Shown: positions 38,372 through 52,331 of the stretch, one piece after another
Layout of the letters: every line of letters begins with the position of its first letter
Position numbering within the stretch: the first letter of the stretch is position 1
The notes under the pieces: generated by a model
What the model was told of the DNA's origin: nothing
What the model saw: only the letters and a program-made list of their open reading frames with translations
Database searches by the model: none
Source: Acidimicrobiia bacterium
Lineage (GTDB): Bacteria > Actinomycetota > Acidimicrobiia > Acidimicrobiales > JANYDT01
Length of the DNA: 64,000 bases
Assembly (NCBI GenBank): GCA_031383405.1
Contig: JANMZO010000022.1
Span: 1,544 to 65,543, forward strand
Reading direction: 5' to 3'
Translations under genes and position numbers: made by a program

Positions 38372-39288
38372 GCGAACGGAAGCATCTTCTCTCCATCGAT
38401 GAACTCGGTCGTGACGGGATCGAACACCTCATGACGCTCACCGACCGATTCGTGGAAGTAAGCGCGCGTAAGGTTCCGAAAGTACCGGTCCTGCAGGGCA
38501 AGACGGTCGTATCGCTCTTCTACGAGGATTCGACGCGCACCCGTCTGAGCTTCGAAACGGCAGCAAAGCGGCTGTCGGCCGACGTGATGACGTTCAGCGT
38601 ATCGACCAGTTCGGCCAACAAGGGTGAGTCGATCCGCGACACGGTTGAAACGATCGAAGCCATGGGCATCGACGCGATTGTTGTACGGCACAAAGCGGCC
38701 GGCGTGCCGTGGCAGATCGCGTCGTGGACCGAAGCGGCGGTGATCAACGGCGGCGACGGATGGCATCAGCATCCGACCCAAGCGCTGCTCGATTGCTACA
38801 CCATCCGGCAACGACTCGGTGGTCTGGAAGGCCGGTCCATCGCGATTGTCGGCGACATCAAGCACTCGCGGGTCGCCCGGTCCAATGTCGACGCGTTCGT
38901 CGCGATGGGCGCCGACGTGACGCTTGTGGCCCCACCCACACTGATGCCTCCGTCAATCGACGGCTGGGACGTGAAGGTCGAACACGAACTCGATCCCGTG
39001 CTGAAGCGCGTCGATGTCGTCTATCTCCTTCGCATGCAACTGGAGCGGATGAACGAAGCCCTGATCCCTTCGTTGCGTGAGTACACGACCCGTTACGGTC
39101 TGACCGACGAGCGGGCGCGGACGCTGCGAGACGATGTGCTGGTCATGCACCCTGGGCCGATGAACCGCGGCGTGGAAATCGGGGCTGCGGTACCCGACCG
39201 GGAAAACACGGTCATTACCCAGCAGGTTGCAAACGGCGTCGCCGTGCGCATGGCCGTGCTGTTCGAACTTCTAGCCGGAGCAAAATAA
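38368..39288 (+). CDS. pyrB: aspartate carbamoyltransferase catalytic subunit
   Basis: 306 aa with STRTRLSFE, HPTQALLD and HPGPMNRG. It overlaps pyrR by ATGA. Confidence 0.95.
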   Translation: MSERKHLLSIDELGRDGIEHLMTLTDRFVEVSARKVPKVPVLQGKTVVSLFYEDSTRTRLSFETAAKRLSADVMTFSVSTSSANKGESIRDTVETIEAMGIDAIVVRHKAAGVPWQIASWTEAAVINGGDGWHQHPTQALLDCYTIRQRLGGLEGRSIAIVGDIKHSRVARSNVDAFVAMGADVTLVAPPTLMPPSIDGWDVKVEHELDPVLKRVDVVYLLRMQLERMNEALIPSLREYTTRYGLTDERARTLRDDVLVMHPGPMNRGVEIGAAVPDRENTVITQQVANGVAVRMAVLFELLAGAK

Positions 39289-40577
39289 TGAGTGCCGTTG
39301 TCATCCGTGGCGGGTCCGTTCTCGTGGGCGTCGACTATCAGCGGACAGACGCTGACCTTGTCATCGTCGATGGTCTGGTGAGGGAAATAAGCGCACATAT
39401 CGATGTTCCATCCGGCGCCACCGTGCTCGACGCATCCGGGTGCACGGTCGGTCCGGGTCTCGTCGACCTTCATACGCACCTCCGCGAACCCGGCAACGAA
39501 GCGGCCGAAACAATCGAAAGCGGCTCCCGGGCGGCCGCCCTCGGCGGCTTCACCGCAGTGCTCGCCATGCCCAACACGACCCCGGCGATTGACAGCGCCG
39601 CCGTGGTTGAGCAGGTTCTGCAGCTCGGAGCCAAGGCCGGACTCGTCGACGTGCATGTCGCCGGTGCCATAACCATCGGGCGTGCCGGCGAACTGCTCGC
39701 ACCGATGGGGGAAATGGCCGAGCTCGGTGTGCGAATGTTCACCGACGACGGTGCCGGCGTGCAGAACAACCGTCTCATGCGCCGGGCCCTCGAGTACGCG
39801 TCGTCTCTCGGTGTCGTGCTCGCACAGCACTGTGAGGATGCGGCCCTGTCGGAAGGTGGCGTGATGCATGAGGGGGCGTGGTCGTCCAGGCTCGGGCTCC
39901 CCGGTCAGCCGTCTGAAGCCGAAGAATTGATGGTCGCCCGCGACATCGCCCTGTGTCGGCGCACCGGAGCGCCGGTCCACTTCCTACACCTGTCGACAAC
40001 CGGGTCGGTCGAACTGGTCCGACGCGCCAAGGCCGACGGCCTACCGGTCACCGCCGAAGCAGCCCCGCACCACTTCACGCTCACCGATGCTTGTCTCGCG
40101 AGCTATGACACCGTGTTCAAGGTGCACCCTCCGCTGCGTCCCGATACCGACAGACTGGCCGTGATCGCCGGACTCGCGGACGGCACGATCGATGCCATCG
40201 CCACGGATCACGCTCCCCACACCCCGGAAACAAAGGAGCGATCCATGCTCGATGCTCCGCCCGGAATGTTGGGCCTCCAGACGGCACTGGCGTTGGCGAT
40301 CACCGGGCTCGGGCTGCCCATCGAGCGGGTGTTCCGTCTGCTTTCGGGTGGCCCGGCCCGGATAGCGAAGATCTCCGATGCACATGGTGCCTTGGCGGTC
40401 GGTCGCCCGGCCAATGTGTGTGTAGTCGACCCGACCGCGACGTTCACCGTCGACGCCGCGTCGATCGCAAGCAAATCAAAGAACAGTCCGTATCTCGGGC
40501 GAACGTTGCAGGGCGTACTACGCCACACCGTCTTCAGCGGCGTCGCCACGGTCAAGGATGGAAAGGCGACGCGATGA
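39288..40577 (+). CDS. pyrC: dihydroorotase
   Basis: 429 aa with DLHTHLREPG and ATDHAPH. It overlaps pyrB by TAATG. Confidence 0.92.
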   Translation: MSAVVIRGGSVLVGVDYQRTDADLVIVDGLVREISAHIDVPSGATVLDASGCTVGPGLVDLHTHLREPGNEAAETIESGSRAAALGGFTAVLAMPNTTPAIDSAAVVEQVLQLGAKAGLVDVHVAGAITIGRAGELLAPMGEMAELGVRMFTDDGAGVQNNRLMRRALEYASSLGVVLAQHCEDAALSEGGVMHEGAWSSRLGLPGQPSEAEELMVARDIALCRRTGAPVHFLHLSTTGSVELVRRAKADGLPVTAEAAPHHFTLTDACLASYDTVFKVHPPLRPDTDRLAVIAGLADGTIDAIATDHAPHTPETKERSMLDAPPGMLGLQTALALAITGLGLPIERVFRLLSGGPARIAKISDAHGALAVGRPANVCVVDPTATFTVDAASIASKSKNSPYLGRTLQGVLRHTVFSGVATVKDGKATR

Positions 40578-41697
40578 GCGGCGTAACGCGCGTAAACAAG
40601 GTGACCGAGGCGCAGCTGGTCATGACCGACGGAACGGTCTTCGAAGGTGAAGCGATCGGCTTCCAGCCGGAAAGTGGCATCGCCACCGGTGAGGTGGTGT
40701 TCAACACCGTGCTGTCGGGCTATCAGGAGGTCATCACCGACCCGAGCTACGCCGGGCAGATCATCACGTTCACCTATCCGCACATCGGCAACTACGGCGT
40801 GAACGCCGAAGACCACGAAGCGACCCGGCCGTTCTGTCGCGGAATCATCGTGCGTGAACTTGCCCGCCGACACAGCAACTGGCGGGCATCGGGGTCGCTG
40901 GATTCCCTTCTCCAGCAGTGGAAGCTGTCGGGGATTGCCGGAATTGATACCCGCCGTCTCACGAAACACATCCGTGACGCGGGGGCGATGCCCGGTGCCT
41001 TCGGAACGGCGTCGGCCGACGCACTACTCGCCGCGGCGAAAGCCGAGCCAGGCACCGACGGCGTTGACCTCGTCCGCGAAGTGACCACCAGGGAGCCCTA
41101 CGTTGTCGGCACGGGCCCGCTCAGGGTGGTGGCCTTTGACTATGGCATCAAGCGCACGATCCTCCGCCACCTGAGTTCGTTCGCCACGGTGACGGTCGTG
41201 CCGGGCGATATGCGCGCTGATGATGTGCGCGCCTACGAGCCCCACGGTGTCTTTCTGTCCAACGGCCCGGGTGACCCTGTCGTCTGCGACTACGCCGTGG
41301 AGGAGATCAAGCAGCTCATCGGTCAGGTCCCGATCTTCGGTATATGCCTTGGGCAGCAACTGTTGGCCACGGCCATGGGTGGGTCCACCTTCAAGATGCC
41401 ATTCGGCCACCACGGCGGCAACCATCCGGTGCGCAACATCGCCACCGGTCACGTGGAGATCACCAGCCAGAACCATAACTTTTGTGTCGACCCCGGATCG
41501 GTCGAGTCGGTCGGAACGATCACGCACGTGAATCTGAACGACGGCACTCTTGAGGGCGTTCGCTACAACGACGTACCGGCGTTCAGCGTGCAGCATCACC
41601 CCGAAGCCGGCCCGGGGCCGCATGAGTCCACGTACCTGTTCGAAGAATTTCGCGTGCTTATGGATGCCTTCACCTCGACCGGAAAGCTGGCCCGCTG

Positions 41698-41698
<1 letters not shown>
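40574..41698 (+). CDS. carA: carbamoyl-phosphate synthase small (glutaminase) subunit
   Basis: The ATG at 40574 overlaps the pyrC stop. It has a GICLGQQLL catalytic Cys and QHHPE. Confidence 0.95.
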
Positions 41699-45007
<3,309 letters not shown>

Positions 45008-45008
<1 letters not shown>

Positions 45009-46060
45009 TGCGCGTTCGTGGTCCGCTGGCTCCCGGTGCGTTGCGCAAATTCGCGCGCACCGGACCACGTCACACCGACGACGAAGCGGATCAATCGGGT
45101 TCCGCGCGGGCTACTTCGGCTTCGCGATGTGACCTTTCGGCGCAGGTCGGTTCGGTACGCCTTCCCAACCCGGTGATGACCGCCGCCGGTACGTCGGGGC
45201 ATGGCGCGGAGTTGGCCGGCTACTTCGATCTAGGCGAGTTGGGGGCCATTGTGGTGAAGTCGCTGTCAGCGGAACCTTGGGAGGGTAACCCGGCCCCTCG
45301 CGTCAGTGAAGTCGACGCCGGGATGATCAACTCGGTCGGTCTGCAGAACGCCGGTATCGATCACTGGATAGCCAACGACCTTCCGAAGTTGAAAGCGGCG
45401 AACGCCCGAATAGTGGTCAGCGTCTGGGGTTTCAGCATCGACGCATATGAGAAGGTGGCCAGGGCGCTGCGAGGCGTGGCCGGGCTCACGGCCGTCGAGG
45501 TCAATGTGAGCTGCCCGAACATTGAGGACCGCCGACACATGTTCGCCCACTCGCCCGAAGGCACCACGGAGGTGCTCAAAGCGGTTCGGAGCGGCCTCGG
45601 GTCCCGTGGCGGGGAAACGGGTCTCCCCATCTGGGCAAAGCTCAGCCCCAACGTCACGTCGCTCACCGATATCTGCGGTGCCGCGCTCGACGCCGGTGCC
45701 GAGGCGCTCACGCTGACCAACACCGTCATGGGTATGCGCATTGATGTCGAGTCCCGACGGCCTGCGCTCGGCGCCGGGGGAGGTGGGCTTTCGGGTCCGG
45801 CTATCCGGCCGGTCGCGGTGCGAGCCGTATACGAGACCAGGAAGATGTTTCCGAACGCACCGATCATTGGTGTCGGGGGAGTCGCCCATGGCGTTGATGC
45901 TGTGGAGTTTTTGTTGGCCGGTGCCAACGCTATCGAGGTCGGGACCGCTACGTTTTACTCACCGACAGCACCGTTGCGTGTTCGAAACGAGTTGCAAGCG
46001 TGGTGCGAAAAACACCACGTAAACACCCTGAACGAGTTGATTGGAGCAGCACATGGTTGA
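45008..46060 (+). CDS. pyrD: dihydroorotate dehydrogenase, class 1-like (N-terminal extension or later start)
   Basis: It has VRLPNPVMTAAGTSGHG, NSVGLQN and GGLSGPAIRPVA. The ATG at 45008 overlaps the carB stop, and the first 40 aa or so are not conserved-looking. Confidence 0.85.
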
Positions 46061-46787
46061 TTTCCCGGAGCCCCTCGAAGCTGGTAGCGCGGGTGCTGAA
46101 GCGATTCGGTCGCAACTCGCACTGGCGCTCGACGTCGACGACTCCGTCGCGGCAATGCAACTCGCGCGGGAACTTCGCCCGTGGTTCGGTGTTGCGAAGG
46201 TCGGCCTGGAACTCTTCACGGCAGCCGGCCCTGATGTCGTGGCCCATCTGATCGGCGAAGGCTTCGACGTGTTTCTCGATCTCAAGATGGTTGACATCCC
46301 GACCACGGTCGGCAAAGCGGCCAAAGTCGTCGGCTCGCTCGGGGTGAAGTACCTCACCATGTACGCCCACGGTGGTTCCGACATGCTCCGGGCCGGTACC
46401 GAGGGGATGCTGGAGGGTGCGTCGTTGGCTGGCCTCGAGCCGCCGACCCCGCTCGCTGTGACGATACTGACCAGCGATGACACCGCCCCCGACCATATCC
46501 TCGGCAAACGGCTCATGCTCGCCATGGAAGGTGGTTGCAAGGGTGTCGTATGCGCGGCCGGCGACCTTCGCGAGGTCCGCCAGTTGGCCCCTCGCATGGC
46601 CACGATCGTGCCCGGGATCCGGCCCGGGTTGGCCCTCACCCACGACCAGGCCCGAGCCGCCACGCCAGCCGAAGCTATCGCCGCGGGCGCAAGTGTGCTC
46701 GTCATCGGTCGGGCCGTGACGCAGGCGGCGAACCGCCGAGACGCCGCCTCCCGCATAGCGGCCGAGGCCCTTGCCGCCCGGGTCTGA
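46053..46787 (+). CDS. pyrF: orotidine 5'-phosphate decarboxylase
   Basis: It has LALALDV, FKVGLELF-like (AKVGLELF), DLKMVDIPTTV and LVIGRAV. The alternative TTG start is at 46041. Confidence 0.88.
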   Translation: MVDFPEPLEAGSAGAEAIRSQLALALDVDDSVAAMQLARELRPWFGVAKVGLELFTAAGPDVVAHLIGEGFDVFLDLKMVDIPTTVGKAAKVVGSLGVKYLTMYAHGGSDMLRAGTEGMLEGASLAGLEPPTPLAVTILTSDDTAPDHILGKRLMLAMEGGCKGVVCAAGDLREVRQLAPRMATIVPGIRPGLALTHDQARAATPAEAIAAGASVLVIGRAVTQAANRRDAASRIAAEALAARV

Positions 46788-47054
46788 GCCGGAGGCTGGG
46801 TCGGGGGTCGTATTGCCCCGAACGGTGGCCCCCCGTCCATCACCGACACAGGGATGCTCCCTGTCGGCGTCGGCCGTTCCCCATCTCGGCGCCAAACTCG
46901 ACATCCACGAGGAATACGCCGCCGACAGCGCCGCCCCACGTCTTACCGAACTTCCCCACGCAACCCTTTGTTGTGACCCGCTCTTTGAACGCCCTCTGCA
47001 ACTGGGAATGACCGTGGCCAACAACCCTGTCGCTCGTCCTAATGAGAACGGCAT

Positions 47055-47671
47055 GTGCAGTTCACGTCCTTTATCCGTGTAGGGGACGGCGACGTGCAGC
47101 TCTCCGCTGGAGAGGTTGACGACATCCTTGCTGCACGAAGCCAACGAGACGACAGTCGCCGACCGGCTCCCGAAGGTGCCCAGCTTTCTCGGCGTGCCAT
47201 TGTCGACCTGTACGGGCGGCAGTCCAAGAGTCGCGACGCGACGCTCCGGCGGCTCGGAATCTGTGTCGATGACGGAACCCCCGCACTTGCTGGCTGGCTT
47301 CTGCTTGGAGATGAGCCGGCGGCGCGGAGCCCGATCGCTCGCGTGGCATGTATGAGCAGTCCGCGTCCGGGTGATCCAGTGGTGCACGCCAGCGGGGTGT
47401 TCATGTCGAGGGCACGATCGGTGAGTTGATCGATGGGGTCATGGAGTGGCTTGAACGTGAACTCGGTGTTGTTCAAGTCAGCAAGCGCGGGACGATGGTC
47501 GACGAACTTGACTTCCCAGCGGAAGCACTTCGCGAAGCGATCTCGAACGCATTGATCCACCGAAGCCTCGGCCCAATCTCGGAGTCGACAACCATCGGCG
47601 TTCGCGTCACACCCGCGACAGTGGAAATCACCAGTGCCTACAAACTCACCACCTCGGCCGCCGCCAACTAG
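47055..47671 (+). pseudogene. remnant of an AlbA_2 / HATPase_c_4-type putative transcriptional regulator (often annotated RecG-like ATP-binding protein), frameshifted and truncated
   Basis: Frame A reads FIRVGDGDVQLSAGEVDDILAARS...LGICVDDGTPALAGWLLLGDEP.... Around 47400 the similarity switches frame to GTIGELIDGVMEWLEREL...DFPAEALREAISNALIHRS...VEITS. It stops at 47671 without the C-terminal half. The 243-aa antisense ORF looks spurious. Confidence 0.5.
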
Positions 47672-47787
47672 AGCGGCACCGAGACTGACTGTTCGGCAGG
47701 TTCCGTTCTTGAATACTTCGTAGTTCTCGGAATATCGATCTCGAAGTAGCCGAGTGTCCAAGAAGAGCACGCTTCGGGGAGGGTCTG

Positions 47788-48090
47788 GTGACGGAGCATG
47801 GGTCCACGACTGAAGCGGCGCGACCCTCGGGAACGGTGACGTTTCTGTTTACGGACGTGCAAGGTTCCACGCCGTCGCTGGGAACTTCCCCTTTCTCGCA
47901 CCCAGTGTTGTTGCAGTGATGAGTGGCGACTTCGAACGGTGGTCGCGGCCGCCAGTCCGGCACGATCGGCTACGGCCGTCAGTGCACGCCGATCCGCACA
48001 CCGGACGATAACGCAACATTCATCAGCCGGTCGTCGCACCGAGGACGGAACAGGTCTCGTGTTCGCGTTCGATGCCCAGCGCCCCAAGTT
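47788..48090 (+). pseudogene. possible remnant of a class III adenylate/guanylate cyclase domain N-terminus
   Basis: A 43-codon ORF (47788-47919) contains GTVTFLFTDVQGST, the signature first strand and metal-Asp of class III cyclases. A second frame downstream reads TEDGTGLVFAFDAQ, similar to (T)xGDGxxxxF. No intact domain remains. Confidence 0.35.
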
Positions 48091-48127
48091 AAGAAAGGGG
48101 TCGAGCGCTGGGGAACGAACTTTTTTT
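48075..48127 (+). terminator. possible terminator: CCCAGCGC(CCC)...(GGG)GCGCTGGG hairpin followed 8 nt later by T7
   Basis: The 8-bp outer stem is 48075-82 / 48105-12, with an inner CCC/GGG extension. T7 is at 48121-27. The spacing to the T-run is longer than ideal. Confidence 0.35.
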
Positions 48128-48184
48128 GTGTTCAGACAACGGATTGCCACCGTTTGGGAAACCGTGGCCGCTAGCCTCAAATCC

Positions 48185-48499
48185 ATGTCACTTCCTCCCG
48201 CACTGTCGACCGAAACCCGTATGGCCGCTCTCGAAAAGGCGGCCGAAGTACGCCGTGCGCGCGCCGAGTTGAAAGACCGTCTGAAGATGGGGTCGGTCTC
48301 GCTCCAAGAGGTCCTTGACGCCGCCTCGAACGACGAGATGATCGGCAAGACCAAGATGCTGACCGTTCTCGAGTCGCTTCCGGGCCTCGGCAAGGTCAAG
48401 GCCCGTCGCCTTCTCGACGAAATCGGTATTGCCGATACCCGTCGTGTGCGGGGCCTGGGAGACAACCAGCGTCGCCGTCTCCTCGAATCCGTTAGCTGA
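48185..48499 (+). CDS. mihF: actinobacterial integration host factor
   Basis: The ATG at 48185 gives MSLPPALSTETRMAALEKAAEVRRARAELKDRLK...LESLPGLGKVKARRLLDEIGI, 104 aa. Confidence 0.85.
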   Translation: MSLPPALSTETRMAALEKAAEVRRARAELKDRLKMGSVSLQEVLDAASNDEMIGKTKMLTVLESLPGLGKVKARRLLDEIGIADTRRVRGLGDNQRRRLLESVS

Positions 48500-48515
48500 C
48501 CGGCCTTCGTTTTTT
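48485..48515 (+). terminator. possible intrinsic terminator after mihF
   Basis: GAAtCCG (48485-91) pairs with CGGccTTC (48501-08), followed by G and T6 (48510-15). The stem is imperfect. Confidence 0.4.
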
Positions 48516-48556
48516 GCGTCGCCTCCGCACCGCTGTCGTCCGAGAACGGTAGTTCT

Positions 48557-49123
48557 GTGGAGCCCATCATTTTCGTCCTCTCGGGGCCATCAGGCACCGG
48601 CAAGGGAACGATCGTCGACGCCCTGGTCGGTGACGACGAAACCCTGTGGTTGAGTCGCTCCTGGACCACCCGCAACCGACGCAAGAACGAATCGCCTTAC
48701 GCCTACCGCTTCGTAGACGGAGAAACGTTTCGTCGCCACATCGCAGAACAAGGCTTCGTCGAATACGCGGAGGTGTTCGGCAACTTCTATGGGACGCCAG
48801 TGCCGACACCCCCTGCGGGCTGCGACGTTGTACTTGAAATCGATGTCCAGGGCGCCGTCCAGGTCCGGGAAAAGTATCCTGACGCCGTGCTGATCTTCGT
48901 GGAGCCACCCAACCGGGAGGCCCAGGAAGCTCGACTCCGGTCGCGGGGAGACGACGACGTGGTCATCGCTAAGCGCCTCGCCAAAGCCGAGGCGGAAGAA
49001 GAAATCGGGCACCGGATTGCCAACCACGTCGTGGTAAATGACCGGCTTGAGCGGGCGGTGGCCGAAGTGGCTGGTATCGTGGAGGGCTACCGCGCATCGC
49101 GCGCGGCTCAAACCGGCTGGTAG
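48557..49123 (+). CDS. gmk: guanylate kinase
   Basis: 188 aa. The P-loop is LSGPSGTGKGT, and it contains SWTTRNRRKNE...Y.F. Confidence 0.93.
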   Translation: MEPIIFVLSGPSGTGKGTIVDALVGDDETLWLSRSWTTRNRRKNESPYAYRFVDGETFRRHIAEQGFVEYAEVFGNFYGTPVPTPPAGCDVVLEIDVQGAVQVREKYPDAVLIFVEPPNREAQEARLRSRGDDDVVIAKRLAKAEAEEEIGHRIANHVVVNDRLERAVAEVAGIVEGYRASRAAQTGW

Positions 49124-49245
49124 TTGCAGGCCTGCATCTTGTCGGCTCCGCAATGATCCAGTTCCCGAGTGTTCCGGCAGTACCCGCAGTAATCCAGCAG
49201 TACCAATCGCAGAAGAACCAATCGCAAGAAGAACGAGGCAGCACC

Positions 49246-49536
49246 ATGACTCAGCGCCGCGCAACAATGATCAACCCCGCAATCGAAGATCTTCTGGCGA
49301 GGGTCGACTCGAAGTTTACGTTGGTTACCGTCTCGGCTAAGCGGGCCCGCCAAATCAACTCGTACTTCAATCAACTCGGCGACGGCCGTGGCGCAATGAT
49401 TCCCCCGCAGGTGGCCTCGGTCAGCCGTAAACCACTGTCGATTGCCCTTGAAGAGATCGTCGCGCAAAAGATCGAATACACCCGGATCACTCCCGACGTG
49501 CCGGCGGAGCCCGTCGCTGCAGCTGCGGCCGAGTAA
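49246..49536 (+). CDS. rpoZ: DNA-directed RNA polymerase omega subunit
   Basis: The ATG at 49246 (alternative 49267) gives INPAIEDLLARVDSKFTLVTVSAKRARQINSY. Confidence 0.85.
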   Translation: MTQRRATMINPAIEDLLARVDSKFTLVTVSAKRARQINSYFNQLGDGRGAMIPPQVASVSRKPLSIALEEIVAQKIEYTRITPDVPAEPVAAAAAE

Positions 49537-49590
49537 CTGCTCGGCCTACGAGTCCCCGTTACCCAGCGTCGTTGACCCGTCGATACGTCG

Positions 49591-50844
49591 ATGGCCGAGG
49601 GTAGGGGTCCCAGGTTGTCATCAACCATGCCGTCTCCGTCGCCTGACCTGAGCAGCATCGCGGGCAAGCGGATTGTCCTCGGCGTAAGCGGAGGCATTGC
49701 CGCGTACAAGGCCGTCGAAATCTGCCGACGCCTCGTCGATGCCGGAGCGTTCGTTTCGCCCGTTCTCACCGAAGACGCTCTCCGCTTCATCGGGAAATTG
49801 ACCTTCGACGCGCTCGGGTCCGAACCAGCGCAGGTGCACCTCTGGGGCGGGGAAAACCCGATTCCCCACACGAAACTCGGGCAGAATGCGGACCTGATCG
49901 TGATCGCCCCAGCCACTGCCCGAGTTCTGGCCAAGTACACGGCTGGGTTGTCCGACGATCTGCTCACGGCCACGTTGCTGGCTACCCGGGCTCCGGTTCT
50001 GGTCTGTCCGGCGATGCATACCGAAATGTGGGAGCACCCATCGGTACAGGAGAACCTGGTCACGCTGCGGCGTCGCGGTGTGCATGTTCTGGAACCCGAG
50101 AGCGGTCGGCTTGCCGGTGGCGACAGCGGGGCTGGGCGCCTGGCGAACCCGGCCGCCGTCGTTGTAGCTGTGGCCGGAGTGTTGGCTATCGGCTGCGATC
50201 TCGTCGGACGCCGGGTCCTTGTGAGCGCCGGTGGTACCCGGGAGCCGATCGACCCCGTTCGTTTCATCGGCAACCGCTCCAGTGGCAAACAGGGCTACGC
50301 CGTCGCTTTCGAGGCACGTTGTCGGGGGGCCGAGGTCGTGATTGTGAGCACCGTAAAGCTGGCTGCCCCCTCTGGCGTCCGGGTCGTGTCGGTTGAAACG
50401 GCCGCGCAGATGCACGACGCGATGATGGCCGAATCCGAAGCGGCCGACATCATCGTGATGAGCGCGGCGGTCGCCGACTTTCGACCCAAGCTGGTGGCCG
50501 AATCGAAGATCAAGAAGCAGGGTGGGGCTCCCGAGGTAATCCTTGAACCGACGGTCGACATTCTGGCCGCGTTGGGAAAAGTTAAGCGCGCAAATCAAGT
50601 GCTGGTAGGTTTCGCCGCTGAGACCAATGACCTGGTCGCCAACGCACTCGAAAAGGTGAAGCGGAAGAACCTTGACCTGATCGTGGCCAACGACGTGAGC
50701 GCCCCCGGCGTCGGGTTCGAACACGAAACGAACGCCGTCACGATCCTTGATCGCCTTGGTGGTTGCGAATCAATTTCCCTCACCGACAAGCGCGAGATCG
50801 CCCGTCAGGTGATCGACCGCGCCGTGTGGTTCGCCAACTCCTGA
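49591..50844 (+). CDS. coaBC: bifunctional phosphopantothenoylcysteine decarboxylase / phosphopantothenate--cysteine ligase
   Basis: 417 aa with GVSGGIAAYK, PAMHTEMW and a CoaB half containing ISNRSSGK-like (IGNRSSGKQG). An alternative start is at 49627. Confidence 0.92.
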   Translation: MAEGRGPRLSSTMPSPSPDLSSIAGKRIVLGVSGGIAAYKAVEICRRLVDAGAFVSPVLTEDALRFIGKLTFDALGSEPAQVHLWGGENPIPHTKLGQNADLIVIAPATARVLAKYTAGLSDDLLTATLLATRAPVLVCPAMHTEMWEHPSVQENLVTLRRRGVHVLEPESGRLAGGDSGAGRLANPAAVVVAVAGVLAIGCDLVGRRVLVSAGGTREPIDPVRFIGNRSSGKQGYAVAFEARCRGAEVVIVSTVKLAAPSGVRVVSVETAAQMHDAMMAESEAADIIVMSAAVADFRPKLVAESKIKKQGGAPEVILEPTVDILAALGKVKRANQVLVGFAAETNDLVANALEKVKRKNLDLIVANDVSAPGVGFEHETNAVTILDRLGGCESISLTDKREIARQVIDRAVWFANS

Positions 50845-51076
50845 GTCCGGTCGGGGCGAAGCAAGGTCGTTGCGCGCAATGCTGGCCCGGTCCTTCCCAT
50901 CCATCCTGCGGCGGACGCTTAGGCCGACCGGCTCAACTCGGCACAGGCTCACCTGGGTCGATGTGACCAAATCATCTCTGAGTCCTCGTTTGTCGCCGTA
51001 CTTCGCTGGTAACGTTCCAACCTCAACCACCACCGATGTGCACTAGCGCACTCGGCTCTTCAAAAGGGGTTCACTC

Positions 51077-52270
<1,194 letters not shown>

Positions 52271-52331
52271 GCCTTGCCCCTCGGCGCACGAGTGGTCGCG
52301 GGTGTCATACCCGTTCGGTAAGGTCGGTCGT

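Noticed and set aside
46801-46821. A TCGGGG...CCCCGA hairpin just after pyrF, considered as the pyr operon terminator.
   Set aside because: It has only 6 bp with a 9-nt loop and no T-run. The stronger hairpin plus T7 at 48075-48127 is a better, though still weak, candidate.
47039-47770. A 243-aa minus-strand ORF in the pyrF-mihF spacer.
   Set aside because: The plus strand carries recognisable, though frameshifted, AlbA_2/HATPase_c_4 motifs. The minus-strand product has no recognisable features, so I treat it as an artefact of the decayed gene.
50845-51076. Possible SAM riboswitch in the 232-nt spacer upstream of metK.
   Set aside because: I could not find the conserved cores of SAM-I, SAM-II, SAM-IV or SAM-V by eye. 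There is only a distant 8-bp inverted repeat (CCGGTCGG...CCGACCGG). An Infernal scan would be needed, so this is not reported as a feature.
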